DNA from: Octopus sinensis
Taxonomy: Eukaryota
NCBI RefSeq assembly: GCF_006345805.1
Contig: NC_042997.1
Span: forward strand, 122,202,001-122,266,000
Length of the DNA stretch: 64,000 bases
Direction of reading: 5' to 3'
The translations under genes were made by a program, and so were the position numbers. The notes below the pieces were generated by a model, which was not told where the DNA came from, did not search any database, and saw nothing but the letters and a program-made list of their open reading frames with translations. Shown here in pieces: positions 1 to 13,446 of this stretch (positions are counted from its first letter, which is position 1; each line of letters opens with the position of its first letter).

Positions 1-71
1 ACCTGTCTATATATATCTATCAATACATCCATCCATCTAAACACACACACACACACAGATGCACACACACA

Positions 72-268
72 AAATGGTCAATGCTGAGTCCAAATGTCTT
101 GTAAGCTCCAGAAATATCATCTACGAGAAGTTGTATATCTTGAACCCAATGAGCAACTAAGTCACAATCATCCGCTTGAAAGAGGCCACGTATACAAGAT
201 TGAGAAACATTCGAACTGGCATCAAAGCCACGCAAGTTAAAACAACGACTAGATGATCGCTTCAACCG
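72..268 (-). mobile_element. RTE-clade LINE reverse transcriptase fragment (catalytic xADD region), decayed
   Basis: Minus-strand translation FNLRGFDASSNVSQSCIRGLFQADDCDLVAHWVQDIQLLVDDISGAYKTFGLSI follows the RTE/BovB-type RT pattern FNLRRL.A.TKV...IR.LLFADDCAL.AH...MQ..VD.FS.A...FGL.I. Confidence 0.8.
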
Positions 269-274
269 ATGTTT

Positions 275-594
275 AATTACCTCGACCCCAGTACATAACT
301 GGTACTTATTTGATCAATCCCGAAAGGATGAAAGGCAAAATCGACCTCGGTAGAATTTGAATTCAGAACGTAGCGGCAGACGAAATACCTATTTCTTTAC
401 TACCCACAAGGGGCTAAACACAGAAGGGAAAACACAGACAGACAAACGGATTAAGTCGATTATAACGACCCCAGTGCGTAACTGGTACTTATTTAATCAA
501 CCCTGAAAAGATGAAAGGCAAAATCGACGTCGGCGGAATTTGAACTCAGAGCGTAGCGCCTGGCCTGCTAACGTTTCTGCCAGCTCACTGCCTT
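275..594 (-). mobile_element. tRNA-derived SINE family B, internally duplicated form, interrupting the RTE relic
   Basis: Reverse complement matches the plus-strand copy at 22668-23085, including the repeated unit ATTTCGTCTGCC...GAGTTCAAATT...TTTGCCTTTCATCCTTTCGG. Confidence 0.85.
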
Positions 595-699
595 TCGCTT
601 CAACATATATATCGCAAAAGAACAAACCACGGTAAAATCATGAGTCAAAGTAACAGTAAAAATACCACAAAATTCTCTGCATGTTACCACCGACACTGA

Positions 700-1120
700 C
701 ACACGCTACCATCAACACAACCAGGTTTGTCGAGTATTTTATCAGATGGAGCCCCTATTCACAGTATGGAAGGCTTTTATTAAATCAATGAAACTCTGGA
801 CAACATAAATATTCTCCGCATAGCATTTCTCATGCATTTGTCTAGATCTGAAAATAATCTCCATTGTTCCTTCATTCGAGCGGAAGCCAAAGTGAAACTG
901 AGATAGAACGTCATTTACATGGTATTTATTCAAGGATGGGGAAGGGGAGAAGAATACTTGGCAGAACCTCGCCGGCAGCAGACAGTAGAGCTGTATTCTG
1001 ACTCCTTCCACTGACATGAAGGATCATTGTATTCTTCCAGCCCTTGGGAACAACGGCACATCTCCATCCCTCCAGGCTACACTAATATGCTCGGGAAGAT
1101 TCTATGTGACATAACTACTG
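700..1120 (-). mobile_element. RTE-clade LINE RT N-terminal fragment, probably the same element as 72-268
   Basis: Minus-strand peptide HVNDVLSQFHFGFRSNEGTMEIIFRSRQMHEKCYAENIYVVQSFIDLIKAFHTVNR resembles ...SQCGFR..RGT.DMIF.ARQLQEKC.EQN.....FIDL.KAFDTVNR. Same strand and colinear order with 72-268. Confidence 0.8.
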
Positions 1121-1274
1121 TCAAAGAGAACACACATACATATCTTTCTATCTATCTATATTGCCCCGCCACCTTCCTTTAAACGAGAAGGCAAGGCGGT
1201 TTTCATTGTATTGGTGTCTATGTTAAAAGAATGTGTGTGTGTGTGTGGGGGGGGGGACTCGTGCGAAAGGTTAA

Positions 1275-1600
1275 GAGACAAACACTTCTCTGGCCAATCA
1301 CTCATCAACTTTTTCAAGTACCACTTGAAAAGGAAGGTGAGAATAAAGAGGGAAGTTTGGCCGCATAAAATTTTCAATAAAATGTGTGTGAATGTACCAA
1401 ACATGATACGCGTGAATGGTGAAACCACTTTAAGCATGATCCTGTAAATCAAAGCGAGAGAGAGAGAGTGCTTTGCTCTCATGTGTTTTTCCCCCTGACT
1501 GAGGTTACCGTGGTCTTTTTCGTAGGCTTTTCTTTCCACGGATAAACCTCTTTTACATTTTACCCCATTTGTTTTTCTTTCAAAAAGAAAAGTTTTATTT
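1275..1600 (+). mobile_element. Possible L1/Tx1-clade LINE ORF2 C-terminus and 3' UTR
   Basis: Peptide SLINFFKYHLKRKVRIKREVWPHKIFNKMCVNVPNMIRVNG...stop resembles the end of Tx1-type ORF2 and is followed by a T-rich UTR. Recognised from pattern memory only. Confidence 0.45.
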
Positions 1601-2890
1601 TGTATTGTCCCCTCTGTGATCGGCCCTGCGTGGCTAATAAGGAAATATATGTCTATCTGTCTATCTATCTTTCTATCCACACACACACACACATATATGT
1701 ATAATATTTTTGTATGTGTTTAGTGTTTTTGAATGTATATGTCTGTATCGATTCTTATTTGTCCAAGTCCGACTAATCCGGATGTAAATAATTAGGGTAT
1801 ATGTATGTGAGTACGTATGTATATACGTAGATATGTATATAATCTGGTACGGTATGCATATGCAACGTGAGGGATGTTTAAGTTATTAAAGTTTCTATGT
1901 CTTACAAAGATTAGCTGAAATAATAGTCTTTACAGAAATTTGTTGCGCAATAAGGTGAAGCTACAATAATAAAGTGATTGGCATTTACGATACGAAGCTG
2001 TGCGTGATTGCACACTTTATCTGTCAGGAATAAATTGTAACACAGACTGCAATGGCGTTTCTAAGCTAGTGCTTCATCATAGAACTAGAGGAATCCAGGC
2101 AGTTGTTGCTCACTTCAAATATCTCTTATTCATTCAATTTATTTTGATTTGGCATAAAGCCAATTAAAAAAGGATAACATATATTTGAATAAATTAACCC
2201 GAAATATTTCCATGAATGTTTTAATGTCCAAGTGGGCTAAGATAGGCAGCGTTGCGATTTCAATATAGAAATCTCAATCGCCAATCATTCGATCATAATC
2301 AATCTATGTCGGCTTTCTACTGCCTTGCGTCGTTATCCAATAATAGACAAATGATAAATGGCACGCACACTGCAGTAAGAGACGGATTCAAAGAGAGAAT
2401 GGATCATGTAAGAAGACCCTGGTTGTTGAAACAACGCAATTTCATAAATCAATAATGCAAAATGGTATGAATAAACAATGATATCGGGAAAAATCGAATA
2501 ATGACAACTTGAAAATAGCCATGAATTCCTAGTTGTAGTAGGGCGATAAATAGATACACTGGTTGGAGGAAAGCTATATATTTACTGCTGGAGCAAAACC
2601 AATGTAACGTTATGATTAAATTATATATAATTCGAACAAAAAAGCAAAAAAAAAAGGAAAAAGAAACGAATAATATATACAGTAATGTTTATTACGTCCC
2701 TTTAATGTTGATAATACAATCATCTAATTTACTGTCGTCTCACCAGAGGAGATAATTTTATACAGAGTTCGGTGATACTCATAGAGGTCTAGAACGCAGC
2801 GGAGAGAGACAGGACTGGTCTTAATCATATAATATGAAATCTCATTCTAATTATGAATAAATGCGTTCATATGTATGCATGTTACACACA

Positions 2891-2961
<71 letters not shown>

Positions 2962-3150
2962 TGCATATATGTGTGAGTGGGTGTTTGTAATGCATGTGCG
3001 TGGGGTTTGTGTATCTGTGAGAGTGTTTTTGTGTCTATGCTTTTATGCGATTATGTAATTGCATCTAGTTGTATGTTCATTTTCAAATATTTGTCTATAT
3101 TTCTATATCACATAACTACCAATTCTCTGTATACACACAAACACACACAC

Positions 3151-3201
<51 letters not shown>

Positions 3202-4254
3202 CTCTCCGCAAAATCCTTTCCATCCTGTTTTTCTTTTGATAAATAAATAAATATATATATATATCTATCTATATATATACATACTCTCTTTCTGTATGTA
3301 TGTATATATATATATATATATATACACTTTCTTTCTTTCTCTGCATATACAGAAAGAAAGAGAGGGAGATAACGGGACAAGAGTTAGAAAGAAGGCGAGA
3401 GAGATGTTTGCATGAACAAATATATGTGTATGTCTGAGTAAATATCTGATCATGTACAGACTGAGAGAAAAAAAAGAACAGTTAGAAATATATAGAAAAT
3501 GAAGACAGCAGTTTGCTCTGTCACAGTAGAAAAGGATAGACTAGACTCTGAGACGCAATAAAACTATAGTTATATTGGATAATTTTTATGTTGAAAATAT
3601 ATAATAGAACAACTGAGGAGCAAAAGATCAAAGATGCTGCTCTCCTCCACACCTCCAGCCATGAAATAAAATACAAGCAACGTTTTTGTAGGGAACACAT
3701 TAACGACTCCTTTTGGGTTATTATTATATTTATTGGATTTATATTATCAGGATTTGATTGACGATAATATATTTAAAACAACATTTACAATACGCATTAT
3801 ACTTTTCCTTCACATCAGTCTCAATGATTGGTGATCAATATAGAGATATTTCTTCATAGGATATGAACGGCTACAGATATTATGTTGGTAGTCTCTTCTG
3901 AACAGCCTTCAGCGTTGTTAGATACCGTTGTGGTAGCATCTCTAGAGATATTAAAAGTGTGAAAGAGTGATTTTTATACCTGATAATTTTAGTATGTTAC
4001 ACATATGCAAACTCTCTCTTACTCTCTCGCTTGCACTCCCCCTCTCTCTCAGACACATATCGCAAAACAGCATTCAATGACACATTTCACACAAAACTTC
4101 TTTACTGAAGGTCTGCTCCTGTGATTCTTTGGTCGCCTATGCTGTCGATAACGAACCACATGAAATCTAAAGATGAATCCTATGGATGGAAAGAACCTGA
4201 GAATGAGTGTTATATTCTAGGAGACTATCCTGAATTTTATATACAGGCGTGGTA

Positions 4255-4490
4255 TATATAACGGAGTAAGCGCATAAATGTGAAACAAGGTGGAGAAAAA
4301 CAGTACTCATATACCAGAGGTAGAGTAATATGCTTTATTTAAAAGCAGCTGAAATATAACAAAAGCTGTTATTCAGAGTTTCACGTTCTCGTTCGTCGGA
4401 GAGATTTGATAAAAAAAAAAACTGACGAACGGGAACGTGAAACTCTGAGTAACAGCTTTTGTTATATTTCTGCCGCTTTTAAATAAAGTA
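4255..4490. mobile_element. Penelope-like pLTR remnant with fold-back (arms about 4333-4397 and 4424-4488) and minimal hammerhead core
   Basis: About 65-bp inverted repeat. Plus arm contains CTGACGA-ACG-GGAA-CGT-GAAA-CTC-T-GAG-TA (4422-4451); the 5' strand of stem I is replaced by an A-run. Confidence 0.7.
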
Positions 4491-4593
4491 TATATATAAC
4501 AAAAAGTAAATTGTGTTTTTTTCGACTGAAACAAAATACGAATATATAAAGGACTGCTGGAGAGAAGTGGTCAAGTCATATTGAGCCAGAGAG

Positions 4594-4785
4594 ACATATC
4601 AACAATACAATTTAAGAATAAACATTGAATACAGGTTAACGAACTTTCAACTGTCATTGACATTTGAAAGCCATGGTATCATTTATATATAACCATGTTA
4701 TCAATTATATATGAAGTGTAGAAGCTTTGATAAAGTTCGTTAACCTGAATTCAATGTGTGTTCTTAAATCATATTATTGATATGT
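4594..4785. repeat. Imperfect inverted repeat (about 54-bp arms, 84-bp spacer), MITE-like
   Basis: ACATATCAACAATACAATTTAAGAATAAACATTGAATACAGGTTAACGAACTTT (4594-4647) pairs with AAAGTTCGTTAACCTGAATTCAATGTGTGTTCTTAAATCATATTATTGATATGT (4732-4785). Confidence 0.7.
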
Positions 4786-5722
4786 ATATGTGTATATAAA
4801 TATATGACGAACTCTTCGTCAGTTTCGACGTATGAAAATCAGACAAACTACTCTTTCTTTGTCAGTCACAATGCTTATGTTGAATGTGATATTTGAATCC
4901 CGCAAGTGATTTGCAAAGAAGCCCATAAATGCCTCAAGCATTAGGATTACAGATCAGCGCAGATGGAATATTTGCGGCAGCTTTTCTCATTTGCCTTGCA
5001 CTCCCGAGTCTGTGTGCATGTGTGTGTGTACCCAATATACCTGATGTGAAAGGCGGGTACCTATACAGGGACATATATATGTAATTATTTCTACGTTGCA
5101 GTTGAAATTAATTGAAATCTAGTTTTAGTCTTCCGCACAAAGTTCCAACTTTATTTGCGCTATAATATAGTATATTTACGAAAAAATAATATGAATATAA
5201 AATATTAGCCTAAAAAGATCTGAACAAGAAAATACATAAAGCTCCACCTCGATTATTTTCCTATCCCTTTTATCGCACTAACTTGCTAACATCACAAACA
5301 AGATGGGAACTAATCGTTATGAACAAACTTTTATCAACACCTTGAATATATTTTCTTGCATGGCCGTTAATACGGCTTTCGTATAACCAAATTTATTTCA
5401 GACCTAGTCACAGTGTCACAAATAATTTGTTCTAGGAACTTGAACATTATAGTTAAAAGCAGTTTTATTGAACTTCATATATTTACTCATCACATGGCTG
5501 CCTGTGAATGGGCTCTAATCACCTCTTGACCTATAAATCGGTGGTTACCCGTGAAATCGTACTATCATGTCGTGTGATTATGGTCTCTGTCTGACCCATA
5601 TTTCGTCAAATCTGGAGAAAGCCAAATTTCGGCTTTCTTTCCTACATGTTGCAGCCTCTACATCATAGAACTTACTCTCCCCCCCCCAGCTCTCTCTCTT
5701 TCTGTATGAATATATATATATA

Positions 5723-6116
5723 TCTTTATATATAAAAGTGAGGTTGTGTGCTGTCTGTCTCCTACGCTTTAGATTCCTAACTACTCCCACATTTTGCGGT
5801 GCAGTTTAATCAAAACCGGGTATCTTATAGTCATTATTCATATCGAGCCCTTCTGGGTATTAGCGCGCGTCTACGATGAGTCTACGATTTAAAAAAAAAA
5901 TTACCATCAATTTTTCCCATCTTAATGCATTTTTGGCATATATAAGGGAAGTAACTCTCTAAAAATTTATTATTAAATCTCAGAACGTAAAAAGCTACAG
6001 TACCCCCCCTCTTTGTGGTTAGACATATTGAGATGGCTATTATAATTTACATCTCTAAAAATGCTTATATAGTTATTTTCCTTACAAACCCGAGCAACGC
6101 TGGGCGATACTGCTAG
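5723..6116 (+). mobile_element. Non-autonomous Helitron, apparently complete
   Basis: Starts A|TC (TCTTTATATATAAAAGTG) and ends CTAG|T at 6113-6117, with GC-rich hairpin-like CCCGAGCAACGCTGGG just upstream. No TSD; sits in TA repeats. Confidence 0.75.
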
Positions 6117-6117
6117 T

Positions 6118-6198
<81 letters not shown>

Positions 6199-6250
6199 GT
6201 TGCACCAAAATTCCGAAAAGTATGTCATCAGATGATATTAAGTTCTGCCG

Positions 6251-6299
<49 letters not shown>

Positions 6300-6305
6300 G
6301 ACAGA
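6118..6305. repeat. (TA)n and (GA)n/(GACA)n microsatellites
   Basis: Directly visible. Confidence 0.95.
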
Positions 6306-7008
6306 GAAAGTAAGAGAGTGACAGAGACTGAGAAGCTTATTTCGATAATCAATAGGAGTGCCTTAGAAAGTGGGACCTACATCATATCTAGCAATGAATG
6401 TAGGTCCCACTTTAAAAAGTTCAGATATTGATTAATATAAATCATCTAGTTATGGTATATAAACGATAGGCAAGTGCTGCAAAAATAATTGAAACAATGC
6501 ATTAATGGTTCACTGCGCCGCACTGCCTTCAGTAGGATAGTGGTGATGCAATATATAATTATATACAATGCCACTCAGACAAAAACATTCATTGAAAATG
6601 TGATATCATGAGTTAACCAACATACAATTACTAACAAATGTGATTCACTTTCGGAATCAGGACAATTAAATTACTTCCGAACGAGGCTATCCATCACAGG
6701 AATAACTCATTAGAAAATCCAGAGGAATAACATCACATAAAACAGCATATATGAATACACACATAAACACATACACACACATACATATATATGATTGCCG
6801 AGGAAACATGAAAATTTATTGTCTACGGACTTTTAAGATGATATACTCTGAAAATCGAAAATCGCATCGAAGGAAATAAGTATTGTCTCATTATTTGAAA
6901 GAAGTCATAAATTTCCCCTCTTACGTTATAAAGATTGATGCGATCATTAACGAAGAAGTAACAGGGCTGATATTATTCTCTGAAGAATAAGAACAACAAA
7001 AACAAACG

Positions 7009-7049
7009 ATAATAATAATATTAATAATAATAATATTAATAATAATAAT

Positions 7050-7095
<46 letters not shown>

Positions 7096-7137
7096 TAATA
7101 ATAATAATAATAATTAATAATAATAATAATAATAATT
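7009..7137. repeat. (AAT)n microsatellite
   Basis: Directly visible. Confidence 0.95.
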
Positions 7138-7479
7138 ACGACGACAATGATGTTTTATTGGTCCCATGAGCCTAAACGTTGGAGCCAGTGGAGCTACGAA
7201 CTACAAAATGAAAAGAAGAAACTGTTTCTAAATCTAGAAGGTCAGCAACATGCACACACCAGTTGAGAAATTGCAATATACAGGTACAAGAATACAGAAT
7301 AATATAATATCAATAATATAGAATATAGGCGTGGCTTTGTGGCAGGAAGCTTGCCTCCTAATCATATGGTTCCGGGTTCCCACTCACTGCGTGGTATCTT
7401 GGCTAAGAGTCAGCTACTGCTGACTCGGGCCGATGCGAAGTTTTTATCAGTAGATTTGGTAGACAGAAACTGAAAGAAG

Positions 7480-7710
7480 TGGGCGAGCTGACAGAAACGT
7501 TAGCACGCCGGGCAAAACGCTTGGCGGTATTTCGTCTGCCGTTACCTTCTGAGTTCAAATTCCGCCGAAGTCGACTTTGCCTTTCCTTCTGTTCGGGGTC
7601 GATAAATTAAGTACCAGTTACGCACTGGTGTCAATGTAATCGACTTAATCCCTTTGTCTGTCCTTGTTTGTACCCCCTATGTTTAGCCCCCTGTGGGCAA
7701 TAAAAAAAAA
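7480..7710 (+). mobile_element. SINE family B monomer with 15-bp TSD
   Basis: AGAAACTGAAAGAAG at 7465-7479 and 7711-7725 flanks a GGGCGAGCTGACAGAAACG...GGGCAATAAAAAAAAA element. Confidence 0.9.
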
Positions 7711-7759
7711 AGAAACTGAAAGAAGCCCGTCATATATATATATATATATAATATATATA

Positions 7760-7879
7760 TTGGCCTGCTCGCTTAGCCAGCGGGGTGGCGTCATTCGAAG
7801 GCTAAAACAATGCGAACGAATTGTGACCAGCGATGTGTAACAACATCTGATGGTCTGGTCGGTCACGTGATCACGTGAT
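7760..7879 (+). mobile_element. Short dispersed-repeat fragment inserted in the (TA)n of SINE A
   Basis: GC-richer block ending CACGTGATCACGTGAT, flanked on both sides by TA repeats. Confidence 0.55.
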
Positions 7880-8873
7880 ATATATATATATATATGAATA
7901 TTTGTGTGTGTGAGTGTGTCTGTTGTGTGTGTGCGTGTGTTCGTGTTTGCACCCCTTTTCCACTGTTTGACTACAGGTGTCGGTGCGTTTATATCACCGT
8001 AAATTAGCAATTCTGCAGAAATGACCGATAGAATAAATATAGGTACTAAAAATAAGCACTGGAATCAATTCATTTGACTGAAACTTCCTCAAGGTGGTGC
8101 TCCAGCATGGACGCAGTCTAATGACTGACACAAGTAAAAGATAAAATATACCAACATAAGATGGGACAACCAAACAGGATAATGTGATTTGGATACACTC
8201 GATATAATAGTGTATTAACCTAACCGAAGAATCGAAGTGCTATCTTCTTGACTGACAAGAGGTCTTTTTTCGTTATCTTAAGGTGAGTTGAAGCTCAGGT
8301 AGAACAACGATATGGAGATGCTTCAAAAACATCATAAGATTTCTCTTTGACCGAGATCGGAGATGATGAGCTACATTAACGAAAGGCATGGCAGATTTCT
8401 AGCTCTAGCTGTGCGAATCAGGTAAGATATGACTACACTATAATACAATGAATAGCAATTTTCACAAGCTTACATATTGTCTCTGAATTTTTAATAATGT
8501 TTTAATTTAAAATGCTAAATTTATAAATAAAATCTACAGTCTGGTAACGGCACTATTTTCTACCCAATATTTAAAGCTTCATCCACACCACAGATCTATT
8601 GTTATTAGTATGTTATGATGTCCACTTTTAAATTCTCTTTGTGACATTTACAACATTCACACACTGAATAGCTTATTTCTTTTACTTCTTTTTTTCTTTT
8701 TCGACGTTGAAAACTGAATTCATTTTAACAATCTAAACTTAAAATTATTTCTTTGAATGGAATATATATTCTGCTAACATTTAGTTTATAATATTTGGTC
8801 CCAGTTCTCAAAGTTTCAAGTAAAGTATATTTATTTCTCTATTTTTTTAGATAGGAAAAAAATTGAAAGTCGT

Positions 8874-9054
8874 AGGAGTGACTGTGTGGTAAGTAGCTTG
8901 CTTACGAACTACATGGTTCCGGATTCAGTCCCACTGCGTGACACCATGGACAAGTGTCTTCTACTATAGCCTCGGGTCGACCAAAGCCTTGTGATTGGAT
9001 TTGGTAAACGGAAACTGAAAGAATCCCGTCGTATGTATGTGTATATATATATAT

Positions 9055-9106
<52 letters not shown>

Positions 9107-9311
9107 TGTGTCTGTGTTTGTTCCCCAACATCGCTTGACAACCGATGCTGGTGTGTTTGCGTCTCCGTAACTTAGCGGTTCGGCAAAATATGCCGATAGA
9201 ATAAGTACTAGGCTTACAAAGAATAAGGTCATAGGGTCGATGTGCTCGACCAAAGGCGGTGCTCCAGCATGGCCATAGTCAAATGACTGAAAAGAATAAA
9301 TAGTAAGAATA
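8874..9311 (+). mobile_element. SINE family A, full length, tRNA-like head plus internal (TA)n(GT)n
   Basis: A-box-like TGTGTGGTAAG, B-box-like GGTTCCGGATTCAGTCC, central microsatellite, tail GCTCCAGCATGGCC...AAATGACTGAAAAGAATAAA; many homologous copies in the window. Confidence 0.9.
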
Positions 9312-11340
9312 CATGGGCAAGTAAACATAGCATCGATATGACATTCTAAAGACATCACATTCTTTAGAAAAACATTTTTCTTTGAATCCTTTATGAATAA
9401 ATTAAAATAGTCATCTAAATAGCAAATATGTATGTGATACAAATATATTCAAAGAGAATAATTTCTCGGTCCAGTTTTTTTGTAATGCTTTGTAATATAT
9501 ACTTCCACAGACTTCTGTAAATAATTCCCTTCACATCCAATATGCCGTATAGGAAAACGATATTCTTTTAAATATGTAGATTTACTAATTGTCTGTATTG
9601 ATGGAACGTAATATTACTAATAAAGCTGCGAATATTGAGTTAGTGTCCCATCTTGAACAAGGATTTATCGAAATATTAACTCAATATTCCACTAAATAGT
9701 CCAAATATATGTCGGAATGTCATTAATATATTTTTATTAATAGCACCAAATATGCTATGAATTCCCATTAAATATCGTCGACTACTTTTTGGTCGAATAC
9801 CTTTTGTGATGTTTAACCTTAATACATTATGAAATTTTGAAACAAATTGCAAGTTTTGTAATATTCACCCAATGGCACCAATCGTTGCATTCGTTCATGG
9901 CGCAACAGCTGTTTGAAGAGATTTCGACTTATTACGTTACACATCAAGCTACTTCCATATTTACAATAGGCTAGTCTCTATATCTGCTATTGAGAATACA
10001 TCAAGCGTTTAAAAATATTCAACCACATTTGGCAGTATTTGCTTTTACCCATCTCTGGCAAATTGCATCATCTCGTATCTGTTTTTACACTAGCACACAC
10101 ATAGAGGATAATCTCTCTATTTAGGGGATGATTTTCTGCCTTCCAAGTTTCATTGCTTTGAACAGGTCACTCACTTCTTTGACTAAGGTATTTATCAAAA
10201 GAAAAGACAAATAAATTACTCTAATCTGTACTGCCTTTATAACACATTGTACTTATACAACCTCCTAACACAATACTGCTTTCTAAACACCAATATACAC
10301 CAGATTTGATCCCTGAATTGTTCACTTCATAATAAGTGACTTAAAACATTTTTAACCTTTTCTATCTTCTCTCTTCCCACACCACACACACACATATATA
10401 TATGTATGTATGTGTGTGTGTGTGTGTGTGTGGTGTGTGTGTGTGTGTGTATCTACATACGTTTAAAATGCAGTCTATGTCCTGTTGAAGAGTACCTTCC
10501 AAATCAGTGCGCAGAAGTTTTATTTTTTGTGAAGCATGCACGATGATTGAAATTTAGTGAAAAATATTTTCTGCAAAATAATTACGTAACAAAACAGGAG
10601 ATTGGAAAAGTTTTACTTATTATCTATTCACTATCACACACGTTACATTTGCTAACACGAGTTACAAAAAAAAGTGTACATGTAGGAGAAAATGTAAAAT
10701 ATCTCCAATTAGAATTCTTCAGATAAAAAATAAAGTCAAATGATACAAAATTTACGTCTGGGTTATTTGTTTTTATACTGTTAGTTGTAACCAGGAGTCC
10801 TTTAGATAGTTGGAGGGAAAAATAAAGGAGAAAAATAAATCTAGTTATATAGAATTCTAACACCTCTCTCTCTTTCTTTTCTATAATGCTAGATTTGTCC
10901 TTTATTCACCCTTCATACTATCTAAAGGACTGATTAGTAACTACAAAACCAAATCAAATATCAAATTTGTATTATTCGACTTTATTCCATGAAGAGCTTC
11001 TAATAGGAGATATCATACAGGTTTCTTCTACAGGTACAATTTTGTAACTCCTATAAAGAAATGAAACCGCTGTAATGGTGAATAAATAACACGAATATGA
11101 TTACCTATATATATATATATATATAAATATATATATATAGATATAGATATATATATATAATGAGATGAACTGAAGTGTATTTGAATAGTACAATGTCCAA
11201 CTGAGGGTGGAAAGAGAATGCTACACATGATTTCTGAATATAAATTGTGTGTTTACGTTCATATTTCATACATAATGTTGGTTTCGTAAAGCAAACATGC
11301 ACATATATATATTATACTTATATGTGCGTGTGTGTGTGTG

Positions 11341-12078
11341 TACAGTAATACTTCACTTTACGAGACACCCCATTTTACGAGCTTTACTTTATAATAAGCA
11401 TTAAAAAAGCAAAAGTACCATTTTGTGTGTGTGGCAACGCCGCAACATGTGGCAGCATTGGTTCTGATGCGTCTACACAGCTGCATTTGCGCTGTAATTT
11501 TCGGTTTCTTTTAAACCCACCCAATATATCTACATGAAAATGTACAACGGAGACCGACGGGAACAAAGAGAAACGAAAAGCAATCACTGTGGAAACGAAG
11601 TATAAAATTGTCAAAATGCCCCATAACAGTACAACCTTGAAAAACATTTGTAACAAATTTTGTGAAGAACAAAATATGCTTCTTCTAACCAAACAACTCT
11701 AAACATGTTTATTTAGAAAAAGAAATCTACAAGTCTGTCTACAAATGCATCTGAATCAGCGATTGTGTATACAAGTGATGATGTGAGTGGATTTAGTGCG
11801 AGTGAAAGTGATTCAGAAAATAATTATGATAATATTTTTTTATTATAATTGAACTTGACATTCTTTTTACTTTACATAAAATATTATTTACATTATATTC
11901 TCGTTTTATGGCCATTTATTTACGAATATTATTAATTTCAAAGGTAAAATATTATTTTGGGAACTAATTAGGATTTTTAACAATACTACTATGGGACATT
12001 CTTGCTCTCTTTTACTAGTTTCCACTTTACGAGCGGCCTCTGGGAACAAATTAACTCATATATCGAGGCATTATTGTG
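11341..12078 (+). mobile_element. Tigger/pogo-type DNA transposon deletion derivative
   Basis: Imperfect TIRs (TACAGTAATACTTCACTTTACGAG / CTCATATATCGAGGCATTATTGTG). Internal KRKAITVETKYKIVK (11571-11615) resembles the Tigger/CENP-B N-terminal HTH; acidic tail-like sequence near 11770-11830. Confidence 0.7.
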
Positions 12079-12230
12079 TGTGTATTTAATTAGAGGGTAT
12101 GTTCACCTTGGGAAGGGATGGATGCATCCAAGGAAATAATGGTTCAATACCTAAATTTTGGGGAATTTGATTGTCTTAAAACAATAGAGTTTATATCTAT
12201 TTAAAAAAAAAGAAAGAAAAATGGAGCCTT

Positions 12231-12289
<59 letters not shown>

Positions 12290-12846
12290 TTACAAGCATA
12301 TAGGCATATATGTATTGCTATTCAAGCATCTAAGACATTCACCTGCAACAAAGAAGGCCAGGAATCAGTAATATAATTTTTCATGATGTTATACTGATTA
12401 GTGGAGAATATTAGTGATATACAGAAAAACGATGTAAGCGAAAAATCAGTGAGAGGAATTTAATTTATTTGACAGAAAAAATAACTGCAACAAACACATA
12501 GACTTATGAAAATATGTAAATATCGAGAACTCAATTAACGCAGACATATAATTCAATTCTCAAGTATAGCTGATTAGTATGGAACAAAAAACTTAGTACG
12601 GTACATATAAAGCAATTTCAAAAGAAACCAATGGAGTCAAATTTCACGAACAGAAAGTATTTTGAAAACTGAGCAATTTAAGTGAGAGATGCGTACGTTC
12701 ATACACTGTACAAACACACATGCAACATGCATATATCTTTTTATTCCTTTATGATTTCCAAGCCAAACGCTATTGGCTTCCTGGCCCATATATAGATATA
12801 TGTAAGAATGTATATTTAGGAATTTATATATGATTGTGTGCGAAAA

Positions 12847-12891
<45 letters not shown>

Positions 12892-13114
12892 GACATGTGT
12901 GTGTGGGAAGATATATATGAAAGTTAATTGTAATCCATTATATAGTTCAGTGTCATGTTATACTAAAATAATTGCTATATAATAGAAAATAACAAATAAC
13001 AAATTATTGCTTTGCTTTTATTAATAAAATAACTCAGTCGGAAAGAAATTCATCGTCAGACCGTATTTTTACGATATATATCTATAGTTTAACGATATAT
13101 GTGTGTGTATCTAT

Positions 13115-13446
13115 TATCTTTTACGGGTTTCAGTCTTAGACTACGGCCAAGCTGAAGCACTGCTTTGAAGAAATTTTGGTCGAACGAATCGACCCCAGTG
13201 ATATCTTTTAAAACGCGGTATTAATTCTATCGCTGTCTCTTGCCAAGCAGTTAAGTTACGGAAACGCGCACGCATCCGCACACATACATGCACACACACT
13301 TGTATCTACTAAATTTTCTTTCAATGCTTTAATAGACCCCGAGGTTACAGTAGAAGAAACATAACCAAGGTACTATGCAGGAGAATTGAACATAGAATAC
13401 GTGGTGGGGGAGCAAACGTCTTACCACGAAGCCACGTCTGCGCCTA
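13115..13446 (-). mobile_element. Old SINE family A copy
   Basis: Degenerate match (CAGTC..GACT.CGGCCA.GCTG..GCAC; TACCAC..AGCCAC..CTGCGCCT). Confidence 0.65.

Larger units (their letters stand above)
7327..8146 (+). mobile_element. SINE family A copy hosting two nested insertions
   Basis: Head 7327-7479 and tail about 7940-8146 match the intact copy at 8874-9311; interrupted at 7480-7710 and 7760-7879. Confidence 0.8.

Noticed and set aside
8283-8428. Donor-like sites (AAG|GTGAGT, CAG|GTAAGA) with short peptide MMSYINERHGRFLALAVRI
   Set aside because: Isolated splice-like motifs are expected by chance in 64 kb, and no homology or partner exon is recognisable.
9450-10200. Possible hAT/ZBED-like transposase relic on the minus strand (TDTR, SRNLFKQL, TIGAIG)
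   Set aside because: Motif order and spacing are inconsistent and all frames are heavily interrupted; cannot be supported without a profile search.
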